This document shows, piece after piece, positions 54,517 through 64,000 of a stretch of DNA of 64,000 nt. Each line of letters starts with the position of its first letter. Positions within the stretch are counted from its first letter, which is position 1. The notes under the pieces were generated by a model, which did not search any database, was not told where the DNA came from, and was given only the letters and a program-made list of their open reading frames with translations. Made by a program: the position numbers and the translations under genes. Source of the DNA: Cenarchaeum sp. (GTDB lineage Archaea; Thermoproteota; Nitrososphaeria; Nitrososphaerales; Nitrosopumilaceae); assembly GCA_965242695.1 (NCBI GenBank), contig CBDESU010000001.1, forward strand, positions 128,001 through 192,000. Direction: 5' to 3'.

Positions 54517-57336
54517 GTGAAAGCCGGAGCAAGCACGGTCGCGCTGGCGGGCCTCGTTCTGACGGTGGCCGCTGCAACCCTTGCGGTGCCTGCCGCGTTT
54601 GCGAACGGCGCCGGCGGAGTCGAGTCCGAGCTGCGCGACAAGGCCGACTTTGCCGGCGGGCTGGAAGAGGCGCTCGGCCACTTTTGGGCGCTAGAGCTCA
54701 ACCTAGACGAGGACAACGCCGAGCTTGCCGTCGTCCACGCGACGCACCCAGTCGCCGAGCTGTACGACGCAATGAAGCCGACGCTCGCATCGACCGATCC
54801 GGCGCTCGACCGCCTGATGGCCGACACGCTGGAGGGCCTGGCCGACCGCGCATCGACGGACGTCTCGCGCGCCGAGGCGCAGCGGGCGATCGAGGATGCA
54901 AAGGGCGTCGTAGAGGCGGCGAGAATGGCCGTCGTCGGCGATGCGCTCGCGTCCGACCCCGTGTTCAAGATGAAGCTGATGAAGGGCCTCCTCGAGACGT
55001 CTGTGGCAGAGTACGGCGAGGCCGTCGAGAATGGCCAGATAACCGAGATGGCCGAGTTCCAGGACGGCTCGGCGTTTGTCTGGCGCGCCGGCGTCATATT
55101 CGACGAGATACGCGGCGACATCGACGGCGGCGCGGCCGCCGAGATCGACTCTGCGTTCGGGGCAGTAAACGCCGCGTACGACGGCCTTGCGGCCCCGTCC
55201 GAGGTCGCCGGCCTCACGGGCGGGATCATATCGACGATCGATGGCCTGACGGGGGCCGGCGCCGACATGTCGGCCGACGGCGGGCTTGCCAGGTACGCGG
55301 CCACGATCAACGAGCTGCTCGTTGATGCAAAGTCCGAGTACGGCGCCGGCAACAACGACCTTGCGCTCAGCTATGTCACAAAGGCGTACCTGGACAACTA
55401 CGAGTTCCTAGAGGGCCCGCTAGTCGACGCCGGCGAGCGCGAGCTCATGGAGGAGATCGAGGTCTTGATGCGCGAAGAGCTCCGCGAGATGATCAGGGGC
55501 GGCGAGCCGGTAGGCGACATAAACGCGCAAATCGACACGGTGCTAGCCCGGATGCAGACCGCCAGCGGCGTGCTGTTCCCGGGCGGGATCGACGCGGCCG
55601 CAATGGCAGCCGGCGGCGACGCGGCGGCCGCATACGACTCGCTGACGGAGCGCCTGGATCTGGCCGCCGGCCTAGAGGAGGCGCTCGGCCACTTTTGGGC
55701 GCTAGAGCTCAACCTGGACGAGAACAACGCCGAGCTTGCCGTAGTCCACGCGACGCACCCCGTCGCCGAGCTGTATGACGCAATGAAGCCGACGCTCGCA
55801 TCGACCGATCCGGCGCTCGACCGCCTGATGGCCGACACGCTAGAGGGCCTGGCCGACCGCGCATCGACGGATGTCTCGCGCACCGAGGCGCAGCAGGCGA
55901 TCGAGGACGCAAAGGGCGTGATCGAGTCTGCAAGGATGGCCGTCGTCGGCGATGCACTCGCGTCCGACCCCGTGTTCAAGATGAAGCTGATGAAGGGCCT
56001 CCTCGAGACGTCGGTGGCAGAGTACGGCGAGGCCGTCGAGAATGGCCAGGTCGTCGAGATGGCCGAGTTCCAGGACGGCTCGGCGTTCGTCTGGCGCGCC
56101 GGCGTCATATTCGACGAGATACGTGGCGACATCGACGGCGGTGCGGCAGCCGAGATCGACTCTGCGTTCGGGGCAGTAAACGCCGCGTACGACGGCCTTG
56201 CGGCCCCGTCCGAGGTCGCCGGCCTCACGGGCGGGATCATCGACAGCCTAGACGAGCTCGTGGCGGCATCGTACGCAGAGCGCCTGGACCTGGCCGCCGG
56301 CCTAGAGGAGGCGCTCGGCCACTTTTGGGCGCTAGAGCTCAACCTGGACGAGAACAACGCCGAGCTTGCCGTAGTCCACGCGACGCACCCCGTCGCCGAG
56401 CTGTACGACGCAATGAAGCCGACGCTCGCATCGACCGATCCGGCGCTCGACCGCCTGATGGCCGACACGCTAGAGGGCCTGGCCGACCGCGCATCGACGG
56501 ACGTCTCGCGCGCCGAGGCGCAGCGGGCGATCGAGGACGCAAAGGGCGTGATCGAGTCTGCAAGGACGGCCGTCGTCGGCGATGCACTCGCGTCCGACCC
56601 CGTGTTCAAGATGAAGCTGATGAAGGGCCTCCTCGAGACGTCGGTGGCAGAGTACGGCGAGGCCGTCGAGAATGGCCAGATAACCGAGATGGCAGAGTTC
56701 CAGGACGGCTCGGCGTTCGTCTGGCGCGCCGGCGTCATATACGGCGAGATCCAGGACTCGATCGAGAACAGGCACGCGGCCGAGGAGATCGACGGGTTCT
56801 TCGAGGATGTGGACGACGCGTACGACAGGCTCGCACCGCCGTCGCAGGTGGCGACGCTTACGAACGGCATCATACGCGAGCTCGACGAGATCATGGGCAC
56901 GGGCGAGGGCCCCGCCGGGGCCATGGACGAGGGCGCCAAGCTGGACGCGTACGTGGCGACGATCCGGCAGCTGCTAGAGGATGCGCGCGCCGAGTACCGC
57001 GCAGGCAACAACGACCTCGCACTCAGCTATGTCACAAAGGCGTACCTGGACAACTACGAGTTCCTAGAGGGCCCGCTCGTCGAGGCCGGCGAGCGCGACC
57101 TCATGGTAGAGGTCGAAGAGCTGATGCGCGAAGAGCTGCGCACAATGATAAGGAACGGCGAGCCCGTGGCAGACGTCGAGGCGCAGATCGACCTGATACT
57201 GGATCGCATGGACACGGTCGCGGTAATCGTCCCAGAGTTTGGCCCGGTGGCGGTCGTCGTCCTTGCGGTGGCGATCGTGGCGATCGTAGCCATTACGGCA
57301 AGGTCTAGGCTGGGACTGGCCCCGCAGGGGCTGTAG
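54517..57336 (+). CDS. PEFG-CTERM surface protein with repeated His/Glu-rich helical domains (putative metal/iron binding)
   Basis: Signal peptide; C-terminal VPEFG, TM and basic tail. Domain A (GHFWA..HATHP..E) occurs three times; domain B (AYLDNYEFLEGPL) twice. Confidence 0.82.
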   Translation: MKAGASTVALAGLVLTVAAATLAVPAAFANGAGGVESELRDKADFAGGLEEALGHFWALELNLDEDNAELAVVHATHPVAELYDAMKPTLASTDPALDRLMADTLEGLADRASTDVSRAEAQRAIEDAKGVVEAARMAVVGDALASDPVFKMKLMKGLLETSVAEYGEAVENGQITEMAEFQDGSAFVWRAGVIFDEIRGDIDGGAAAEIDSAFGAVNAAYDGLAAPSEVAGLTGGIISTIDGLTGAGADMSADGGLARYAATINELLVDAKSEYGAGNNDLALSYVTKAYLDNYEFLEGPLVDAGERELMEEIEVLMREELREMIRGGEPVGDINAQIDTVLARMQTASGVLFPGGIDAAAMAAGGDAAAAYDSLTERLDLAAGLEEALGHFWALELNLDENNAELAVVHATHPVAELYDAMKPTLASTDPALDRLMADTLEGLADRASTDVSRTEAQQAIEDAKGVIESARMAVVGDALASDPVFKMKLMKGLLETSVAEYGEAVENGQVVEMAEFQDGSAFVWRAGVIFDEIRGDIDGGAAAEIDSAFGAVNAAYDGLAAPSEVAGLTGGIIDSLDELVAASYAERLDLAAGLEEALGHFWALELNLDENNAELAVVHATHPVAELYDAMKPTLASTDPALDRLMADTLEGLADRASTDVSRAEAQRAIEDAKGVIESARTAVVGDALASDPVFKMKLMKGLLETSVAEYGEAVENGQITEMAEFQDGSAFVWRAGVIYGEIQDSIENRHAAEEIDGFFEDVDDAYDRLAPPSQVATLTNGIIRELDEIMGTGEGPAGAMDEGAKLDAYVATIRQLLEDARAEYRAGNNDLALSYVTKAYLDNYEFLEGPLVEAGERDLMVEVEELMREELRTMIRNGEPVADVEAQIDLILDRMDTVAVIVPEFGPVAVVVLAVAIVAIVAITARSRLGLAPQGL

Positions 57337-57742
57337 CCTTAGCCGGATGTGCGGCACAGGCTTGCCATTCTCAATGGCAGTATGGATCGCGCGGGGCGTT
57401 TCGCATGCCTGCGCAGTAGCGGCGTCCGAAGCCGTGCCGTGCCGTGCCGCGATACGACTGGCGCGCCGCCGGATGTGCGCGCCGACTCGGCCGCATGCCC
57501 TGCCTTCATGCAGAGCAATGTCCACGCACCCTGCGCGCGGGGCCGGATCAGGGGGCCTTGTAGAATGCGGCTGCCGCGCCGCCCCCGCGCATGGCATCGC
57601 ATCGCCGCCTTCGCTGCCGCCTCGGCCGGCCGGGGCTGGCAGGAGGGGCAGGCGCGCCGCGCCGCCGCGCGCAGGGCAACCCCGATCGCCGACTCGCACG
57701 CGAAGCGACAGGCACGGCATTGCCGTGCATGGCGGACGATCC

Positions 57743-59421
57743 CTAATTGAGCGAGCGCCGGAGATCCTCCCTGCAGTCGAACAGCCCGCCGGGGCCGAGC
57801 AGCCGCTCTGCGATGGCGCGCGCCTCGGGCCTGTCCCGCATACGCATGAACATGTCGCAGTACCTCTTGGACCTTGATGCGATGCCGCTACCGCCGCCCT
57901 CCATGGCAAGGTCTGCGGCGCTCGGGGCGTACATGTCGCCGTACCTCTCCCACCACTTGAGCCACAGGTAGTCGTGGAGCAGCCGCGGCGTGATGCACAG
58001 GACTGAACTGCCCCGGAGCACCCTCGAATCCCTGAGCGACATGACGACCTCTCTGAACCTCCACTCCTGCATGTCCGGGTGGTGCATGCTGATCATCCCC
58101 GCTATTGCGGCCGCATCCGCCTCGTGCGGCGCGTCAAACCCGAACCTTGTAAAGAGGCTCAGCCAGAGCAGGACGGTGTAGCGATCCTCGTACTCCCTGC
58201 CGCTGTACCGCCCGCCGCCGCCGGCTATCCACCGCTCCCATGCACTGACGTTGCAGGGCGGGGCAAATATGTTGAGGGGGTTTGACGACAGGTTGGCACC
58301 GAGAATGTGGGCCGCCCTCGGCGACGGGCTGGCATGGTCGACCCACCTGTCGATCTTGGCGTCCCCTCCCCCGCCCGCATAGTACTGGAGTATCCTCTTG
58401 ATCTCCTCGTCGGCCATGTCGCCGACCGGCAGCAGATCGTCGCCCCCTGCGAACTCGTCGGGCCCGCCGTCGATGGTCACTAGGTGGACTCCGTTCTCGT
58501 TGTTCATCAGCACGTTCAAGAGCGACGCCCTGGCACTGGGATCGCACTCGTCGACTACGAATATCGGGGCCTCGGCCGCGGCCCGCCGGCCACCTCTCGT
58601 CCCACGCAGGATCTCCAGCAGGACAGCCTCGCCGTCCGGCGAATTCCCTGCGTACACGATGCGCGGGGCAATGTCGGCGGCGCGCGTCGCCTCCAGCACG
58701 AGCCGGGTCTTTCCCGAGCCGGGCTCGCCGGAGACGTGCACGTGCACGGGGCCGGACGCGTCGCCACTGCGCAGCCTTTCCCTCATGTCTAGTATGAACT
58801 TGTTCTCTGCGCTGCCGCTCATGAACGTGTGCGACATGTCCGCCAGCGAGGACCATTCGGCATGGTTGGAGATCCACGCGCTGGCCCTGTCGCCCATGCC
58901 GAGCGCCAGGCCGGGGAATTTTTCCATGGCCGAGGCTATGCGGCTGCGGCCCCACACGTCGATCCTTGCATGCGCACACGACTCCGACCTTGACGCAAGC
59001 GCCTACTGGGCCGCCCCGACATCTCAACGTCGGTGCTGTCCGCATCGTCCCAGCCCGTGAGGAAGACGGTCAGGGCGCCGTCCTCTTCGATGCACGACCG
59101 TATCCTTTCCCTTATGGCCCCAGTGCGCGTGAACAGTATGTCCCCAATGCCCCCGCCCGGGGCAAGACTGCCCGAACGGATGTGGTATGCGGTCGTCCCC
59201 TTCTTTACGAGCCCGCGCCGGCTCTGGCGCGGCGCACCCCTGGCGATTCCGTCTACGCCGCCGCCGTCGCCGGCCGCCATGCTGACCGGCATGTCGATTT
59301 CCGTGCAGGACATGCCCGAGACGGCTGCATCGGCCCGGACAAGGGCGGCGACCAGCACTGCCGCGTCGCATGGGCCCAGTGCGCTGATGCTTTCGGGTGG
59401 CACGGTGAACAGGCTTGCCAT
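57743..59421 (-). pseudogene. Paralog of the STAND-like NTPase at 300-2024, split by a frameshift at ~59003
   Basis: N-part MASLFTV..DGGGVDG..RGLVKKGTTAY joins ALASRS..IDVWG..SGEPGSGKT..FVVDEC..WLKWWERY if one base is restored. Confidence 0.7.
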
Positions 59422-59898
59422 GATTTGCCGCCGCGAGGGCAGCTCGGCATGTTTTATTTCTGTCGGTGTGGTCGAGTGTGCATGCGCGCAGGATGCAGTG
59501 GACTGTGCGGGCGGCTGGCGTGAAGGGATCGGCGGAGCGAAGAGGTGATGATGGGGAGGGTCGTCTCCGCCATGGCGCGGGAGAGGGGGCATGCGGCTAT
59601 GCGCATCCGGCTGATCGCGCGGCCTTGTCCGCACCGCCTCGCTCCGTGCGGGTCGCCGTCCTACGAGCGCCGCGCCCCTTTTGCCGCCGCCCCGGCCGTT
59701 TCGACCCTGGCCGGCCAAGCCGCACGATCAGCAGGCGCTGCTGCGGCGGCACGCCCCGAAAAGGTTATTTTGCGGCCCTGCCATTGGCGGGTGTTGAAGG
59801 CGTGGATTGGAAGGCGGGAGGACGATGCGGCCCGGGGCTTTGCCGCATTCCCCTATGCTGAAAAGTCCGGCTGGCGAGTGGCTGGCGCCGACAGGACC

Positions 59899-62800
59899 AT
59901 GGCGCGCCTGCTCGAGGCGAGCACGACTAGCGACGACGCGATCAAGACCGCCTGCCTCATATCCGGGTGGGCCAAAGACAGGGTGCGATCACTTGCTTGA
60001 AGCCGCCGCCACCTCGGCCGCCGAGCTCATGAGGGGGATAGTGGACGGGGCATGGAACGACGGAAGTTTTGCCGACGGCGCCTCGCAGATCGCATCAAAG
60101 TCGCTCTTCCGCGAGATGTCGACGATTGAGGATCTGTCGGGGGGCAGCTGGACGTTCTCCGAGCAGGATATCTGCACAAAGGCCGCCGCCCTGTCCTACA
60201 TGACGGGCGCCCTCTCGATCAGGGCCGGCAGGGAGCGGGGCGCGCACGATTTTTTGTCCGCACCCGCGCTTCGGCTGGCCCGCCTGTGGGAAGGCCTGTG
60301 GAAGCTGAACGAGGGAACGCCGCGCGGGTACGCACTGCTCAACGCCGCCTGCTCGTACGAGTTGGCCGGGTACCAGGCCAATGCCGCATGCCTGTCGAGA
60401 ATCTTTGAGGGCGGCAGACGCGATGAGCCGGGGCGGGATCCAGACCTGGAAGACATTGCAAGCATGTTTTTGCAGCGGCGGTTTGTCGCACTGCGCGCCA
60501 CGTGCGCCGGGCTGGTTGCCGAGCCCGACTTTGGCAACGTAGGCGACATAGAGCGCCGCCTTGGCACGGCCACCGCCGCCTCTGCACTCTCGCGCCTCGC
60601 TACGTTCTTCTTGTCGGGGGCGGCAGGCGGCATCGAAGCGGCAGTCGACGACCTGTCGACTGCGGGCAGGGTGTTCCGCCAGTATGGGTACCACCAGGAG
60701 GCGACTCTTGTGCACGCGGTTCGCTCCCTGGCGGCCCCGATGTCGTCCCGGTCCACATGGTCGATCCTAGGGGATCGCGCCCAATCACACTTCGCGTGGA
60801 ACCGCTACCTGCTGCTGCTGGGCCGCGGCTTGGGCGCCCCCGTTCCCGATGGCCGCTCGATATCGGAGATGTGGCCGTCGCAAAGGGACGCCGTTGACGG
60901 CGGCCTGCTCGAGTCGGATGCCTCAAAGATCGTCAGAATGCCGACGAGCTCGGGCAAGACGCGAATCGCCGAGATGGCAATGCTCAAGGCCCTGACGCAG
61001 GCAACGGAAGCGGCGCCCCCAAAGTGCGTGTACGTTGCGCCGTACAGGGCCCTGGTGGACGAGGCGGCCGGCTCGATCTCGGCGGTCTTTGCCGATCTGG
61101 GGTTTGTCGTATCCGGCGTGGACGGGGAATACGACGGCGGGCCGTCCGAGGACGGAGTGGCATCAAGGGCCGACATAATGGTCATGACGCCCGAAAAGCT
61201 GGATCTGTTGCTCAGGGCCCACGCCGACCTGCTTGAGAGGGTCGGCCTGTTCATATTCGACGAGGGGCACACCATATGCGACGGCTCAAGGGGGCTCAAG
61301 GCCGAGCTTCTGCTGACCCGACTTAAGAGGCGGTTTTCCCGGGCGCGGTTCATACTCCTCTCCGCCGTCATTTCGGACGAGACAATGCGCGAGTTTTCCG
61401 AGTGGCTGTCCGGCAGCGGCGAAAACGTCATCGAGACCGATTGGCGGCCCACAAGGCAGCGCCGCGCACGGTTCGAGTGGTCGCTAGCCGCAGGCAGCGG
61501 CGACGACCGCAAATGCATGCTCGTATTCGACAAAGGAGACGATGCGGACCGCCTCTCAAGGCGCCGCGTAGATGCGGTGATCAGGCGCCGGCGGTACCCG
61601 TACCAGAACCCCGAAACCGGCCGCATCGTCAGACCGCCGTTCCCATCGGCGGAAAAGGGCGAGACCGCCGCCGAGCTTGCGCTCAAGTACTCGGAGCTGG
61701 GGCCCGTCCTGGTATACGCGGCAAGGAAATGCGATGCCCTGTCGGTCGCAAAAAAGCTGGCGTACCGCCTGGATCTGGCCGCAAAGTCGGGGGAAGGCGC
61801 GCCGCCCCAGTTCAGCCGCCCGGCAGGGGCTGACCCGCCCCGCTCGCAGCACATGGCGGCCGAGTGGCTCGGCCCCGGCCACGACGTGACGCGCCTGCTG
61901 GGGCGCGGAATCGCGGTTCACAACGGGGACATGCCCGACGGCCTAAGGCATGCGGTCGAAGAGGATGTGCGCGGCAGGCGGTACGCCGTCATCGTGGCAA
62001 CAAACACCCTCTCGCAGGGGGTGAACATACCTATACGCACCGTCATCGTACACTCGTGCCGCAGGTACGACCCTGACACCAAAACCACGCGGAGAATACA
62101 GGGCCACGAGTACTGGAACCTGGCCGGCAGGGCCGGCAGGGCGGGACACGAGACCGAGGGGACGGTCGTACACATAGTAAAGACCGCGGCCGACCGCGAG
62201 GACTACGACTACTACAGCGACCGCAGGGCGCACGGCGCCGTCCGCAGCCGCGTCTGCGAGATGCTCCTGGACCTGGTGCGGGGGAGGATCAGCGACGGCG
62301 CGGCCGAGGCCGCCGTGGATCCAGAGGTGCTCGGCATGCTTGCCGAGGAGGGAATGGGCGGCAGCTGCGAGGACATGATCGGCGACGTGGTGTCCGGCAC
62401 GCTCGGCGCCCTGCAGGTGCGGAACGGCGCCGGCGCCGGAGTCGATGCCGATGCGGGCCTGGACAGGCTGCGCGGCAGGTTCCTTGCGGTGGCGGGGCGC
62501 GCCGCTCGACTCGACGACAATGCGGCCCGGGCGTACGGGCGCACGGGGATGTCTACGCAGAGCTGCGAGACGATCGCATCGTACGTCGACGAGAACAGGG
62601 ATGCGGTCGCATCGCTCCTGTCCGCCGGCGGGCACGGCGATGCGGTCTCGCTCGCGCTCATGGCGCTAGATGCCGTCGACGGGCTGCCGGAGATGAGCGG
62701 CGGGGATCAATACGGCGGGGATCGCGGGGAGCTGGTCAGGCTGTGGATGGGCGGGAGCGGCGCATCGGAGGCGTGCGGCAGCGCCGCGGCGGCGGATCGC

Positions 62801-63499
62801 GCCGCGGCGATGCTGTTCATAGAGCGGTACCTGGGGCGGTCCGCCCCGTGGGGAGTATCGGCGTTTGTCCGAATCGCGGCGTGCAGGACGGGGACGGACG
62901 AGTCCGCCCTGCCGGATGCGGTGCGCTGCCTGCCGGACATGGTGCGCTACGGCGTGCCGAGCGCCGAGGCCGCATGGGCAATGCGCCTGGGCATGCCCAC
63001 GCGGAGCGCCGCCATGGCCGCGGCCGGGGGGTACGGGGGCGATCCGTCGTTTGGCAGGTTTGCCGAGTGGCTTGCGGGACTCGACGACGGCGAGCTTGCC
63101 AGAATGTGCGGCCCCGACGCGCCGCCGGCCGGCGCCGCGGCAGCGCTCTCAAGGATGCGCCCGAACCCGCTGATCCGCGAGGGGCGCAGCCTGGACGAGG
63201 TGCTTGCGATGGGCGCGACCGTCGCTTGCGATGGGCCGGCCGGCAGGCGCGCCGCCGCGGCCTGCTCGGAAGGGGATGCGGTCGAGATAAGGAGGGACTA
63301 CGACGCCATCGCCGATCGCAACGCCGTTGCGGTGCACTCTGGGGGCGCCTTGATCGGGCGCATGGGGCGGGACATGGCGCAGTACCTGGCCCCGCTGATC
63401 GACTGCGGCCTGCGGCTCGATGCGAGAGTCGGATCGGGCGGCGGATCAGAAGGCGCGGGGCGGATTCGGATACTGCTGCGCCTGGTCGGCCGCCGATAG
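59899..63499 (+). CDS. Ski2-like SF2 helicase (HamB-like) with a C-terminal HIRAN domain; probable frameshift at ~59995
   Basis: Q-motif WPSQ, MPTSSGKT, TPEK, DEGH, LSA, ATNTLSQGVN, NLAGRAGRAG; C-terminal RRDYDAIADRNAVAV..IGR..LAPLID. The upstream frame from ATG 59899 stops at 60000. Confidence 0.82.
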
Positions 63500-64000
63500 C
63501 GACACTCTTCGGCATCGCGCAGATGGGGGGGATCGCCCGCTCGTCCGGCCGCCGGCTGTGGGGCATCTGGCACGCAGCATTGCTTGTGCCAGGGCGGCAC
63601 TCTAGATATTCAGGTCTCGTGGTGACACTCGACAGCTAAGGCGTTGCATTGAAATGCGAGTCGGGCGGGGCGGTTGTGGGCGCCATTGTCAGCGTCGGCA
63701 TGTCGCCGCCGGTACCCTATCGCCATGGGTAGGATCGGGAAGGGAGCAGGATGGGCGTGGGTTCGAGACCCCCGACGGGCTACAATCCGGGTGACTTATA
63801 TCACGTTACGGGCCGCGGGCCCGGCGCGCGGAGGTTCGACGGCGGAGCGTGAGAGAATAGGGGAAGATGGGGGCGGGGGGCAACGGCGGTGACAGTGGCG
63901 GCGGGGCAATCTCGACGCCTGCGCACCACTCGGGGCGCCTACCGCGCCGGCCGCAGCACCGGCGCCGGTGGTCCTAGCAGGTCGACAGTAGCGTTGCACT

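Noticed and set aside
63755-63785. tRNA 3' half or att site (GGGTTCGAGACCCCCGACGGGCTA)
   Set aside because: The T-loop-like motif has only a 3-bp stem. No acceptor partner, D arm or anticodon arm was found, and there is no integrase in the window.

Overview
Very GC-rich archaeal chromosome segment. SUI1, Sec61beta, DUF2070, cofD/cofC, a PEFG-CTERM protein and an archaeal-type RNase P RNA point to Nitrososphaerota (Nitrosopumilaceae-like). High GC and giant surface proteins suggest a host-associated, Cenarchaeum-like lineage (inference). The dominant feature is a ~23.5 kb tandem array of three giant paralogous surface proteins (7696-31111). They share a promoter with a G-rich tract, a G10/G11 tract in the leader (out of frame in copy 1), a framework-plus-variable-loop tip domain, Ig-like and beta-propeller repeats, an HL/T(R)F motif like GPS/ZU5 autoproteolysis sites, and a Cys-bounded C-terminal domain. 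That domain also ends a neighbouring protein with six Venus-flytrap domains. Defence-type genes are also present: two STAND-like NTPase paralogs, an AAA_15/21-like ATPase, two tandem type IIG-like R-M genes with altered putative recognition residues, and a HamB-like helicase with a HIRAN domain. A triple palindromic repeat lies upstream of an AAA+/wHTH gene. Eight single-base frameshifts were seen and may be long-read errors. All family calls come from motif recognition by eye; no searches were run.
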